Shown piece by piece: positions 38,092 to 48,584 of a stretch of DNA of 63,308 nucleotides. The DNA is from an uncultured Bacteroidales bacterium (lineage in GTDB: Bacteria > Bacteroidota > Bacteroidia > Bacteroidales > UBA932). Positions within the stretch are counted from its first letter, which is position 1, and every line of letters begins with the position of its first letter. Where the stretch lies: the NCBI GenBank assembly GCA_947167855.1, contig CAMVJR010000001.1, positions 1-63,308 of the forward strand. Direction: 5' to 3'. A program made the translations under genes and the position numbers. The notes under the pieces are model-generated. The model had not been told where the DNA came from, did not search any database, and saw nothing but the letters and a program-made list of their open reading frames with translations.

Positions 38092-39221
38092 TGCAGAGAT
38101 TTAAGCATATCCTCGTCCTCCTGGTCCTCTGTGCACAGGCCAGCGGCTGCAGCATCCGTCCGGAGTTGCACCTGCGCCAGCCTATGCAGGCCCAGATTAT
38201 CCTGGAGACCCAGGTGAACCTGAACCTCATGTGGCAGGTAGATTGGAAGACCCGGTGGGAGTTCCCCTGGAACGCCGAGGTTCTGGGCCCCTTGGGCTAC
38301 ACGGAGCCCGTGAGCATCAGCGCCCACGTGTATCCGCTGGACGACAAAGGCCAGCACAGATCCCACTACACGCAGAATTTCTTTGGAACCGCGGCCAATA
38401 TTCCCATCACGGTGGGAGAATACGACCTCCTGTTCCACAACAACGACTCCGAGACGCTCCTGTTTGACGACCAGGACCAGCTGGAAGCCATCCACTGCAA
38501 CACCCGCGTCATTTCCAGCGGCCTCAAGGACTCCCAATCCGTCCTGACGGACGTTCAGAAGACCAACGGAGAAACCAAGGCCGATGATACCCTGATCGAG
38601 GATGCCGTGGCCCTGATGCCGGACGGCCTCTTTGTCCTGTACGACCAGGGAGAAGTGATCAGCGGCAATCTGGACGACTACGAGTACATAGACGGCAAGT
38701 ACATCCTCCGCATCCGCGGTGTCATGGATCCCGCCACCTATATCCACCTGTTCCAGATTCACCTGGCCAACAACCAGGGCCGCGTGGTGGGCAGCAACGG
38801 CGGCGGCGCCATCACTGGCGTAGCAGCCGGCGTGGACCTCTTTACGCGCGTATCCGCGCGTACGCCCGTATGCGTGCCCACGGATATATATTATGACAAG
38901 TCCAGGGACCTGATGGCCGGCCGCTTTATGACCTTCGGCATTCCCGGATGCAATCCGTACGATCCCGAGAGCGTGGCCCAGGCCTCCGAAGGAAAACACT
39001 TCCTGGTGCTCAACGTAAGCTACGCCAACGGCAACTGGAAGAACATCCGCATTGATGTAACGAGCGCCTTCCGGGCCCTTCCCCTGGGCGGACTCATAGA
39101 CCTCACGCTGGACGTGAACGACTTTCCCCCGGAAGAAGGTACGCCCGGCAGCGGCGGCGGCTTTGATGCCCTCATTGACGAATGGGGCGAGGAACACGGA
39201 GAAACAACCATTGTATTTTAA
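38091..39221 (+). CDS. DUF5119 / Mfa2-like anchor pilin lipoprotein
   Basis: Lipobox ASGC, YDLLFHNND, TFG and GGGFDALIDEW. Confidence 0.85.
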   Translation: MQRFKHILVLLVLCAQASGCSIRPELHLRQPMQAQIILETQVNLNLMWQVDWKTRWEFPWNAEVLGPLGYTEPVSISAHVYPLDDKGQHRSHYTQNFFGTAANIPITVGEYDLLFHNNDSETLLFDDQDQLEAIHCNTRVISSGLKDSQSVLTDVQKTNGETKADDTLIEDAVALMPDGLFVLYDQGEVISGNLDDYEYIDGKYILRIRGVMDPATYIHLFQIHLANNQGRVVGSNGGGAITGVAAGVDLFTRVSARTPVCVPTDIYYDKSRDLMAGRFMTFGIPGCNPYDPESVAQASEGKHFLVLNVSYANGNWKNIRIDVTSAFRALPLGGLIDLTLDVNDFPPEEGTPGSGGGFDALIDEWGEEHGETTIVF

Positions 39222-39265
39222 TTTAAAAACTATAAACAAATAATTATTAACAACTTAACTATCTA

Positions 39266-40327
39266 ATGAGTATGAAAAAAGTAGTAATCCTGGCCGCAGC
39301 GGCCCTCACCCTCGCCGCCTGCGCAAAAACCTACGAACTCCAGGAAAACGCCCAACCCAAGATTGGGTTCAGCACTTGGAACGAAACCATGACCAAGGCC
39401 GCTAAGACCGCTTTCGCAGCCAATGATGAATTCGATGTATACGGCTTCAAGTGGAATGCCGGTCCCGCCAACCAGACCACCGTTTTCGACGGCGTGGATG
39501 TCAAGTTCGACGGCACCAAATGGTCTTATTCTCCCCTTCGCTTCTGGGATTCCAATTTTGACAATTACACTTTCTTTGCCGCTTATCCCAAGGATCAGTT
39601 GGCTGATGGAGAGTATGCCCAAAACGGATATTTCGTTTCCCAAAATCTCGCCTACGACGGTCAGAAAGAAGTTCTGCTGGTTGCACAAAAAAAGGATGTT
39701 GAAAAGACCAACTACAATAAAACTGTTGAACTCAAGTTCAAACACGTGGGCTCGCTCGTAGACATCAAGGTTAAAAAGCACTCCGACATTGAATCCGCCA
39801 AAGTGGAAGTAACCTCCATCGCCGTTTCCGGAATTAAGACAACCGGTGCATTCACCGTCAGCTCCTATGACGCCAGCAATAACCCTGTCGGCAGCTGGGC
39901 TGCTACTTCTGCTGTTAACGACGCTACCGTCGCTCCCTACCATAGCAACAGCACCGTTACGCTCGCCAAAAACGCTGGCGTTGGAACCGCAAATGCTTCC
40001 AACCTTCTGACCGACCTCGTATTGATGCCTCAGGAGCTTGCTAAGGATGGCGGCCCCAAGATTACCATTTCCTACAAGATTACCACCGGCGAAGACGCGA
40101 CTGCAGATGAAATAACCTTTTCCGATAAATCCTTCTACTTCGGTCAGTTTGACAAGAGCGAGGAGGGTGAGTCAGAAAAAGCCAACAAGGAGAATGACCG
40201 TATCTCTGCCTGGATGCCCGGTGTTCACTACACCTACTACATCACCATCAATGCCAACGCCATCACCTTCACGGCCAGCATTGACGACTGGAGCACCGAA
40301 ACCGGTCATTACTACCTCGTTTACTAA
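39266..40327 (+). CDS. Fimbrillin-family major pilin candidate
   Basis: Lipobox LAAC, MTKA site, YSPLRFW, FFAAYP, PGVHYTYYITI...ITFTASIDDW. Confidence 0.9.
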   Translation: MSMKKVVILAAAALTLAACAKTYELQENAQPKIGFSTWNETMTKAAKTAFAANDEFDVYGFKWNAGPANQTTVFDGVDVKFDGTKWSYSPLRFWDSNFDNYTFFAAYPKDQLADGEYAQNGYFVSQNLAYDGQKEVLLVAQKKDVEKTNYNKTVELKFKHVGSLVDIKVKKHSDIESAKVEVTSIAVSGIKTTGAFTVSSYDASNNPVGSWAATSAVNDATVAPYHSNSTVTLAKNAGVGTANASNLLTDLVLMPQELAKDGGPKITISYKITTGEDATADEITFSDKSFYFGQFDKSEEGESEKANKENDRISAWMPGVHYTYYITINANAITFTASIDDWSTETGHYYLVY

Positions 40328-40330
40328 TCC

Positions 40331-41329
40331 ATGCGCAAGCGCATCATACTCATAGCAGCTATGGCTTCGGGCGCCCTGCTTCTGGCAGGGTGCGCGAAGC
40401 TGGACAATCCGGCCCAGGAGCAGAATTCCATCTGCTTCCAGGCCGGATGCTCCCTGCTGCAGGATGATGCCACCAAAGGATCGGCTCCTCTGAGCGCAGG
40501 GGACCAGATGCTTCAATTCCGGGTCTATGGCACCAAAACCGTAGACGGAACGCGCTCCTCGGTCTTTTCCGGCGACTTGGTAGAGAATATTTACGACCGG
40601 TGGCAGTACAGCCCCCTCCGTTTCTGGGATTCCAACGCCAGCGGATATGATTTCCTGGGAATTTCCGGTCCCGACGATATTACGTTCGAGACCAACACCC
40701 CTCTTACGGCAACCGTAAAATACAATCCTACCCAGTCGCAGTACGACCTGATGGCCGCCTGCTACCACCGGGGCAGCAATGCACAGGGAACCCTGGACAT
40801 GAGCACCCCGGTAGAATTGCATTTTGAGCACTTCCTCAGCGCCGTAAGCGTGGCCGTCTACAACGACTCCCCCGAGCAGGTTATCACCGTATTGGAATAC
40901 GGCTTCCGCAACCTCTACATAGAGTCGGATGTCCAGTTTACCTATACGTCCAGTGCCCCGCAGGCACAATGGCTGGATCTTAGTAAAAAGAAGAACACCA
41001 CCGATCTTCTTCTGGCACACAATCCAGCCGGGGACACCGCGCCGGTGTGGAATATGATGATTCCGCAGAGCCTGAATCCCCTTTCCCTTGCACCGCTCCT
41101 GATGCTCAAGTACCGCCTGGGCGCCGATGAATCCGGCGAAGTGATTGAAACGCCCATCCGCCTAAGCAACATGACCACCTTGGGTGGTGCCAAGATCACC
41201 GAGTGGGAGCCTGGAAAGAAATACACTTACAACATTCACATCCGCTATGGCGGAGGCATTACCGTCCATGTGGTCACCACCGCATGGGACGAAGTCAAAG
41301 CCGGAACGCCCGGTCTCATTATTTCATGA
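40331..41329 (+). CDS. Fimbrillin-family minor pilin
   Basis: Lipobox LAGC, ATKG site, YSPLRFW, WEPGKKYTYNI. Confidence 0.88.
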   Translation: MRKRIILIAAMASGALLLAGCAKLDNPAQEQNSICFQAGCSLLQDDATKGSAPLSAGDQMLQFRVYGTKTVDGTRSSVFSGDLVENIYDRWQYSPLRFWDSNASGYDFLGISGPDDITFETNTPLTATVKYNPTQSQYDLMAACYHRGSNAQGTLDMSTPVELHFEHFLSAVSVAVYNDSPEQVITVLEYGFRNLYIESDVQFTYTSSAPQAQWLDLSKKKNTTDLLLAHNPAGDTAPVWNMMIPQSLNPLSLAPLLMLKYRLGADESGEVIETPIRLSNMTTLGGAKITEWEPGKKYTYNIHIRYGGGITVHVVTTAWDEVKAGTPGLIIS

Positions 41330-42396
41330 CCTTCTCCAGGAATCATATCGCCCTTCTGATGCTGCTGTCGGTTCTTATCGGCGGCGGATGCCAGCATGAA
41401 GAAATACCCGCCTCCCGCGGACAGATTACCCTCACGCTGGCTACCGGGGAACTGCTCACCCGCGCTACGCCGGGAGACGGTGCCCCGGCCGATGGCGGCG
41501 GTATCCGGGAGATCGCAGCGGGCAAACCCGACCTTTTCATCGCACTGGCCAGCAGCAACGGCAGTATTCTGGCCACCTACCCTTCCCAGGAGAATGACAC
41601 CTACAAGAGCCAGTGCCGTTCTTCATCGGCTACGGAGGCTACCATCTCCATCGAGAGCCCGGGCAAGGGAACCTATTCGGTGTACGTAATGGCCAATCAT
41701 TCCTGGCTTTCCGACTCCAGCGATCCCAGCCTCAGCGCCAGCCTAGCATCGGTTTCCACCATTTCTGAGCTGGATGCCCTGTTCCTCAGCCGCACATCGG
41801 CCTTAACCTTTGATGCAGAGCATCCCATGCCTCTTTCGGCCAAGGGAACCCTGAAGCTGTTGACCAGCGAGAACGGGCAGATTGACCTGGAGCTGAAGCG
41901 GGTGGTGGCCCGCGTGAGCCTTTCCTTCAACAACAAGACGGAAGAGGATCTCACCCTGGCCAACTGCACCATTACCTTAAAGAAAATGAACCCCCTCAAG
42001 GGGTACTTCTTCCCCGCTGCCACGGACTATTATACCCGTGACAACGCCGACCAGGACGACCTGGTCCTTTGCGAGAACCAGAGCATCAGCATGGAGGCCG
42101 GGAAAACCGGCAGCACCAGCCCCGTACTGGTTTTCCCCAGCCCGGCTCCCACCCAGGCCGAAGGCGGCCGGATGTACCTTTGCGACATCCACTTCCAAGT
42201 GGGAGAGACGGTGTACAACAACACCAACCTTCCGGTCCAGGACCTGAGCACCTTTGAGAGCATCCTCTCCCTGGAGAGAAACCAGGACCTGACCATCCTG
42301 ACTGAAATTAACAAGAGAGGAGCCGATAAAGACATCTCCTTTAACTTCCGCGTTTGCCGCTGGACGGACGTAACGCAGGAAATAACGTTTAATTAG
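41326..42396 (+). CDS. Type V pilin-like lipoprotein (FimB/Mfa-like)
   Basis: Lipobox GGGC, LTRA site, VYVMAN, MPLS, LKRVVARV and LERN. Confidence 0.82.
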   Translation: MTFSRNHIALLMLLSVLIGGGCQHEEIPASRGQITLTLATGELLTRATPGDGAPADGGGIREIAAGKPDLFIALASSNGSILATYPSQENDTYKSQCRSSSATEATISIESPGKGTYSVYVMANHSWLSDSSDPSLSASLASVSTISELDALFLSRTSALTFDAEHPMPLSAKGTLKLLTSENGQIDLELKRVVARVSLSFNNKTEEDLTLANCTITLKKMNPLKGYFFPAATDYYTRDNADQDDLVLCENQSISMEAGKTGSTSPVLVFPSPAPTQAEGGRMYLCDIHFQVGETVYNNTNLPVQDLSTFESILSLERNQDLTILTEINKRGADKDISFNFRVCRWTDVTQEITFN

Positions 42397-42399
42397 AAA

Positions 42400-45300
42400 G
42401 TGAAAAGGCTTGCAGGCATATTCTTGATGGCCATCCTCACCCTGGTATCCTGTACCAGGATGATGGAGGAAACGCTTCCGGGCGAATGCTACCCGGAAGG
42501 AACGCCTGTTACCCTGAAACTGGGCTTCGGCACCCCCGATTTCCTGGATGTAAACATCGGAACCAAGGCCGAAGCATCGGCGGCAGACGAATCCTGCGTG
42601 AGAGAGTTGTATGTCCTTCTCTTTGACCAGGAGGGCAACAAGTTCTACGGCCGAAATTTCTCCTATTCCCAGAAAATATCCAACTTGGAAACGCTCATCA
42701 ATGATACCGACAATGATGGCTGGTATGTAGAAACGGATGACAAAGGCGTTACCACGCGGGGTGTTGTCAAACTCTCCACCGTCTCCAAACCCAATTGCAC
42801 GCTGGTGGTTTTGGCCAACGTATCCAACACCATCAGCCATATCGGGACCTCCACCAAAGTAGTGGATTATCTGGCTGGCATCCGCTCACTGGACCAGCTG
42901 AAAGATGCCAAGGTATCCCTGGAGCAGGACATCGTTACCCGCAGCGACCTGTTCCTGATGATGGGGACCATGGAAAATGTCAATACGGGAGAGCTCACCT
43001 GGGGCACCCTGCCCGACAATTATTATGACGGCCAGATTCTCCTGAAAACCATAGATGCAAAGGTTAAGTTCCGCATCAAATACAACACGGACAATATCGA
43101 TCCCAACCGATCCTATTCCCGCAACTGGAAGGTATGCAACGTTCCCACCAGCTGCTACCTGTTTGAACCGACCACGGCCGAGCGCAAAGCCTCTTCCTCA
43201 GAGGGTTTCTTCACCACGGAAGAAGCCTTCTTTGACGGGACCGAGAATGACGAAAATGGCTCCTGGGAGGTCTTTACCTTCTACATGCTGGAGAACTTCC
43301 AGAACGGCGTCGACGACGCAACCCACTATCACGACCGCGAGAAGCAGGTTAAGACAGACATCGGAGAGGGCTATGTAGAAAACGGCGACTGGATTTATGC
43401 TCCCGAGAAAGGAACCTACGTGTGGTTTGACATGGTCCTGGGCCTTACCTCTAAGGGCGTAAGCGAAATCATGGAGGACTCCGGCAAAATTGCCCAGGCC
43501 ATTACTTCCAAGGCAGAATATACGGTACACCTGGGAGACTTTACCACCTATGGCCCCAACGACTACACCGTGAACCGCAATCATTGCTACACCTACAATA
43601 TCACCATAGAAAATACAAAGAGCATCTATGTGGAGGTGGACAATAATACGGAAAACCAGCCCGGCCAGGAGGGTTCCCTGCTGCTGGTAGCCGAGGGGAT
43701 TGTGAACTGCGACTCCCACTACGAATACCACGACCTGATCTTCAAATACAGCGTGGATTACCTGAAGAGCGGCATCTCCTGGTATATCAAGACTCCTTTC
43801 AGCACGGGCGGCGAAGGAGAGTGCAAGGACTATCTGTGGGTCAAGTTTGCCGTGAACGATGTCATCAACGGCGAATATACGGAGAACAGAAAGGCCTATC
43901 CCACTAGCACCGGAGCCGGATGGGTGGCTTATGACCCGGCCTGGACACCTGATAGCGGCGATCCCCGTCCCGCCCTGATGGACGTAAAGCAGCTGGTTAA
44001 ATACATCGTAAACGAGACCCAGAAAGAGACGAATAACCCGGGAAGCAGCGATTATAAAAACAACGTCATCCACGTAACGGCCTATGTAGACGAGTTCTAC
44101 TACGAGTACGACCCTCGCGAATACCAGCCGACTACGGTGGCTGAGCTTTCCAACTTCCCTGCCCCTAATCCGGACCTGTGGCGCCAGTTTGTAAACCAGC
44201 CGCCCCGCGAACTGCACATCCTTTCCGAAACCAAGTACAGCAAGGACCGCAAGAGCGATGTAATCCTGGCCAACAACTCCATCATCCAGCAGTCTATCCA
44301 GACTTTCTACAACATCTACTCTCCGGACCTTCACACCATCTGGGGCACGGAGCACCTGGACGAAATGGAGTACCGCACGCGTGTGGGAAAAGACGGAAGT
44401 CAGATTCAGTGGCCCTGGTGGCCGTCCGATACGGAAGTGGGCTTTACCCGCTCCATTACCGGTAATATTAAAAATGGCGAAAACGGGCGCATCAACACCG
44501 CTGTCATCTGGGGACTGAACACAGGGGCAACGCCGTCCTGGGATACCTTCCTGGAGTACAACGTCTCCAATAATACTCCGGAACTGAAATACGACAAGGA
44601 CGTCCATGACAATGACTTCGCCTTCATGGCCTATTCCTGCCTCACCCGTAACCGTGACAACAACTTCAACGGCGTCATAGACCCGGACGAGGTTCGCTGG
44701 TACATCGCCTCCATCGACCAGTTGGTGGGCATGTGGGTAGGCAATGAGTCCCTCACTCCTTCGGCCCGTCTGTATCATCCGATGGATGCAGCCAACACCT
44801 CCGACGGAACCAAATGGCGTTCCTGGGTCATCTCCAGCACGGGAGATAATATCACGAACCCCAACATCATCCGTGCCGAAGAAGGCTGTACAAAATCCGA
44901 CTACACTTTCTTCAATTGGGCCGACTATAATGGAGTTCCCTTTACGGAAAATGAACGCAACAAGGTCTCTTCCATCCGTTGCGTGCGCAATATCGGCACC
45001 TATCAGGATGGTGGTGCTCTCAAGGACATCTCTTACGCCCCTTACGAGAAACTGGTGGACGAATACTACGAGTTCCCCGCCGGTGCGGACGCCAACGGTA
45101 AAGCCCTCCCCAACGAGGACGGAACCTACACCATCCGCTTCTCCCGCCTGAACGCTGCCTCCATCCGCGAATATACCGCGGAGGATCTCCCCTACCACGA
45201 CGAGTTCTCCATCCACAACGACGTATACCAGGAGCTGGTTGCGCAAAATCCTACCGACTACCGATACGCCGACGGAGCCCTCCCCGCCAAGTATCCGGAA

Positions 45301-47037
45301 GAAACGGGCGCCATCCTGGACGAAGAGGTGATGAACAACGCTATCACTTCCCAGGGGCACAATTACTACTGCCCTGAAGGATACCGCCTTCCCAACATGC
45401 GGGAAATGCTGATGATGGAGCGCCTGCTGCCCACTGGCTATTGGAACAACGGCAAGGCCTATCCCTGCCGCAGCTACTATTCCCACGGAAAGCTGGGTAT
45501 CAACCCCGTAGAAAACGAAACCCAGAAGATTGGCTGGTCCAAACAGAATAACCGCGTGGCCCTGGTAGACGAGAATTACCGGATGACCGGACTCCGCTGC
45601 GTCCGCGACGAAAGCCGGACCGGAGTCATTACCGGTATTGTCACCGTAAAAGACGGCAGCCACCTGCGCCACGACGAGGACATGACCGTCCAGATCAATA
45701 TCTCCTCCCTGGGATCGGCCATCCGGAACTTGGATATCTCCCTGGTTTATATGACGGAATACGGTTTGGAGGAGACCCTTCCCATTACGCCGGCAGGACT
45801 GTCGGTCTCCGGCATTACCTTCCGCCGGGATGTAGTCTGTCACCTCCCCAACTACGACGTGCTTCCTATCCTGGGCAACATGTCCGTGCGGGTATCTGTA
45901 CAGAATTACGCTTCTTCCACTCCCAAGGTGTTTGAAGCTCCCATCACCCTGCTCTCCCCCGTCTTCACTTCCCTGCGCCTGCTGCCCTGCACCTACAGCG
46001 AGGATGCCGAGAATCCTCCGTTCCCCATCCTGGCCACGGCCACATCGGCCACGCCCATCACCAAGATGACCCTGAAAGTGCTGGATCCTGCAGGCATCAC
46101 CCGGACCGTCTCTCTGTTCAACGAAAGCAACAGCACCCAGACGCATCTGAGCCTCCTCCAGCCCTACGAGTACAGGACCTCCTCCAGCCAGGCGGGAACC
46201 GCTCCAGTGCTCACTCCCGGCACCTACACCTTCCAATTGGAAGTGGTCTCCGACGGAAAGACCACCCGCTCGGAAATTGCCTCCATGGAAATCCTGCAGG
46301 TGAATTACCAGCCCAACCCCGGCATCACCGGAACGGACTACCACACCTCCAGCGACATTTCCGTCCTCTGGGAGCCGCAGGAAGTGAACAACCTGGATTT
46401 CTTCTCCGGAGACTTTATCGAGGCCAACATGGACGTATCCGGCTGCACGTATCTGCAGGTGAACAACGATAACGGAAGCAGAAATGACAACCTCACCATT
46501 GGCCGAGACGATCTCATCAGCGTGGGCCTCACCGGAACCGACTACGGAACCGGCATGACCATGCCCTATGTCTACCACATCTACTTCCCCGCTCACGACG
46601 GCAACAGCACCAGCGGAGAAGACTGGCTGCGCCCGAACCTCTCCACTTCGAACGGTAGCTCCAACGGCTTCAATTACAAGAATTTCCAGTATGGAGCAGG
46701 AACCGGTTTTATGGAGCAGACGGCCAGTGGCAAGCAATATGGCAAGCCGGACATTTCCAAACAGCAGCACTACCGCTTTGACCAGGACGGTGTCTTCTGG
46801 AATGGCCAGATGATCGACCTGGGCCAATTCAGCGGAGACAACAATATCAACAACGCCAGGGCCACGTTCAACATGCTCCGGGACGCCAACACCCTGTATG
46901 TTGGTTCCACGCAGGGATACCACCATTCCCGCGCCCGCTATCACTTTGTGCGCGCCGTCCATAACACCGCTTCTTCCAATGAGGCGGGTGGCGGAAGCCA
47001 CTTTGATAATGATCCCCAGAACGGAGGTAATTTGTAA
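42400..47037 (+). CDS. Large pilus tip adhesin (DUF4906-like, 1545 aa)
   Basis: Lipobox LVSC, GTKA site, FTFYMLEN, VNRNHCYTYNITI; internal CPEGYRLP and RCVR motifs. Confidence 0.85.
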   Translation: MKRLAGIFLMAILTLVSCTRMMEETLPGECYPEGTPVTLKLGFGTPDFLDVNIGTKAEASAADESCVRELYVLLFDQEGNKFYGRNFSYSQKISNLETLINDTDNDGWYVETDDKGVTTRGVVKLSTVSKPNCTLVVLANVSNTISHIGTSTKVVDYLAGIRSLDQLKDAKVSLEQDIVTRSDLFLMMGTMENVNTGELTWGTLPDNYYDGQILLKTIDAKVKFRIKYNTDNIDPNRSYSRNWKVCNVPTSCYLFEPTTAERKASSSEGFFTTEEAFFDGTENDENGSWEVFTFYMLENFQNGVDDATHYHDREKQVKTDIGEGYVENGDWIYAPEKGTYVWFDMVLGLTSKGVSEIMEDSGKIAQAITSKAEYTVHLGDFTTYGPNDYTVNRNHCYTYNITIENTKSIYVEVDNNTENQPGQEGSLLLVAEGIVNCDSHYEYHDLIFKYSVDYLKSGISWYIKTPFSTGGEGECKDYLWVKFAVNDVINGEYTENRKAYPTSTGAGWVAYDPAWTPDSGDPRPALMDVKQLVKYIVNETQKETNNPGSSDYKNNVIHVTAYVDEFYYEYDPREYQPTTVAELSNFPAPNPDLWRQFVNQPPRELHILSETKYSKDRKSDVILANNSIIQQSIQTFYNIYSPDLHTIWGTEHLDEMEYRTRVGKDGSQIQWPWWPSDTEVGFTRSITGNIKNGENGRINTAVIWGLNTGATPSWDTFLEYNVSNNTPELKYDKDVHDNDFAFMAYSCLTRNRDNNFNGVIDPDEVRWYIASIDQLVGMWVGNESLTPSARLYHPMDAANTSDGTKWRSWVISSTGDNITNPNIIRAEEGCTKSDYTFFNWADYNGVPFTENERNKVSSIRCVRNIGTYQDGGALKDISYAPYEKLVDEYYEFPAGADANGKALPNEDGTYTIRFSRLNAASIREYTAEDLPYHDEFSIHNDVYQELVAQNPTDYRYADGALPAKYPEETGAILDEEVMNNAITSQGHNYYCPEGYRLPNMREMLMMERLLPTGYWNNGKAYPCRSYYSHGKLGINPVENETQKIGWSKQNNRVALVDENYRMTGLRCVRDESRTGVITGIVTVKDGSHLRHDEDMTVQINISSLGSAIRNLDISLVYMTEYGLEETLPITPAGLSVSGITFRRDVVCHLPNYDVLPILGNMSVRVSVQNYASSTPKVFEAPITLLSPVFTSLRLLPCTYSEDAENPPFPILATATSATPITKMTLKVLDPAGITRTVSLFNESNSTQTHLSLLQPYEYRTSSSQAGTAPVLTPGTYTFQLEVVSDGKTTRSEIASMEILQVNYQPNPGITGTDYHTSSDISVLWEPQEVNNLDFFSGDFIEANMDVSGCTYLQVNNDNGSRNDNLTIGRDDLISVGLTGTDYGTGMTMPYVYHIYFPAHDGNSTSGEDWLRPNLSTSNGSSNGFNYKNFQYGAGTGFMEQTASGKQYGKPDISKQQHYRFDQDGVFWNGQMIDLGQFSGDNNINNARATFNMLRDANTLYVGSTQGYHHSRARYHFVRAVHNTASSNEAGGGSHFDNDPQNGGNL

Positions 47038-48584
47038 TGAAGCTAAAGGACATCATATATAAGGTCTTGCCGATACTCTTTGCGGCTTTCCTCCTCTCCT
47101 GCACCCGGGAGCTGGAGCAGCCCACAACGTACAGGACCATCCATTACAAGGCCCAAGTGGGAAATCAGGCCCAGACTCGCGCCACGGTAGACGGTGGAAA
47201 CCACTATGTCTTTGAGGAGACGGACCGGCTGTATATGGCCTCCACCCAGGATCCGGAGCAGTTATATGGCATTCTCTACCTGACCGCCGGCGCCGGCACA
47301 GGCACCGCATTGTTTGAAGGAGACCTGTATTGCAGTGAGGAGTTTGAGCTATCGGACGACACACCGGTAAAGGTAACCCTGGTGAACAACAATGACCGCA
47401 TCCATTCCTTGGAAAACGGACGGATATCGGCCACACAATACCCTACGGACCAATACGCTCCGGACTTTGCTACTGCCGTCAAGTACTATAGCGATTTCAC
47501 CCAGGTCAGCACTTTCGGCAGCCACGATTTCTCCCTGGCTCAAAACTCCTCCTTCCTGATTTTCAACATCCGAATGAGCAGTAATGAGGTGAAGGCAGGG
47601 AACAATGTAACTGCCCAGCTCTCCAGTGCCGGCCAGTCCCTCTGGAGCTCTACCGTAAGTGCCTTTCAGGATGGAAAGCTGCAATTTGTAACGGCCTTCA
47701 AGGGAGGCGAAGTATCCCTTCAAAGCGCCAGTCTCACCCTTTCCTGGGGAAATGACAAATCCAAAGTGTTCCAGCATATCGCCAACACGCAGCTACAGGC
47801 CAATAATTACTATACCATCAACCGTTCTACGCTGGACTACAAAGGATTCCGGATCATCGCCATCCAGAACGGGACCACGGTACACTTTAATCACACTGGA
47901 GACGGCCTCAAATACAGCACGGACGGCGGAGATACATGGACAGAATACAACGAGGAAGCCGACATTCCTCTCAATGCCGGACAGGATCTTTGCTTCAAGG
48001 GGAATAAGTCCAACTATAAAAACTTATACAATGGGTCCAACAATAAACCCATCTTTACAACAGAGGGCACGAAGGTCTACATTGCCGGCCATATCATGAG
48101 CCTGATTGCAGGAGACGAATATTCGGACAACACCCCTATGCCCGAGGACGCCTTTAACGGGGCTTTCTCCAAAGGAACCGATGCCAACAATACGGACATT
48201 GCCATCGATTCTACAAATCCGCTCATTCTCCCTTCCACGGTGAATGCACGTTGCTACAAGAATATGTTCCGCGGCTGTGTCAATCTGCTCACGCCGCCCG
48301 ATTTACCGTCTGAAACCGTGGCCGATGCGTGCTATTCCGGTATCTTCCGCTGTTGTCCCAACCTGACTTCTGTCAAATGCAATCTTCGCGGTGCCACCAA
48401 AGCAGACCTGGAAAATGCTGTCGACAAATGGCTGGTAAGATCGGGGACCAAGGACATGATCAACACTTCCGGCACCTTCTACTGCCCGGAATCGATGGTG
48501 GACGTCTGGAACAGCTTGCACGTAGCCAATATCTCCATCGGAGCCGTTCCTACCACCTGGACAATCAGTCCCTATTCAGACTAG
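47037..48584 (+). CDS. Pilin-like lipoprotein with a C-terminal BspA-like repeat domain
   Basis: Lipobox LLSC, QTRA site, ANNYYTI pilin end, then CYKNMF...PDLPSETVADACY repeats. Confidence 0.8.
   Translation: MKLKDIIYKVLPILFAAFLLSCTRELEQPTTYRTIHYKAQVGNQAQTRATVDGGNHYVFEETDRLYMASTQDPEQLYGILYLTAGAGTGTALFEGDLYCSEEFELSDDTPVKVTLVNNNDRIHSLENGRISATQYPTDQYAPDFATAVKYYSDFTQVSTFGSHDFSLAQNSSFLIFNIRMSSNEVKAGNNVTAQLSSAGQSLWSSTVSAFQDGKLQFVTAFKGGEVSLQSASLTLSWGNDKSKVFQHIANTQLQANNYYTINRSTLDYKGFRIIAIQNGTTVHFNHTGDGLKYSTDGGDTWTEYNEEADIPLNAGQDLCFKGNKSNYKNLYNGSNNKPIFTTEGTKVYIAGHIMSLIAGDEYSDNTPMPEDAFNGAFSKGTDANNTDIAIDSTNPLILPSTVNARCYKNMFRGCVNLLTPPDLPSETVADACYSGIFRCCPNLTSVKCNLRGATKADLENAVDKWLVRSGTKDMINTSGTFYCPESMVDVWNSLHVANISIGAVPTTWTISPYSD

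Noticed and set aside
43198-47001. 1267-aa minus-strand ORF and many other long antisense ORFs (for example 28364-29956, 58792-60609, 20348-21967)
   Set aside because: They are antisense shadows of GC-rich genes with strong codon bias and have no recognisable motifs.
42400-48584. Diversity-generating retroelement
   Set aside because: No reverse transcriptase and no TR/VR near-duplicate was seen in the window.
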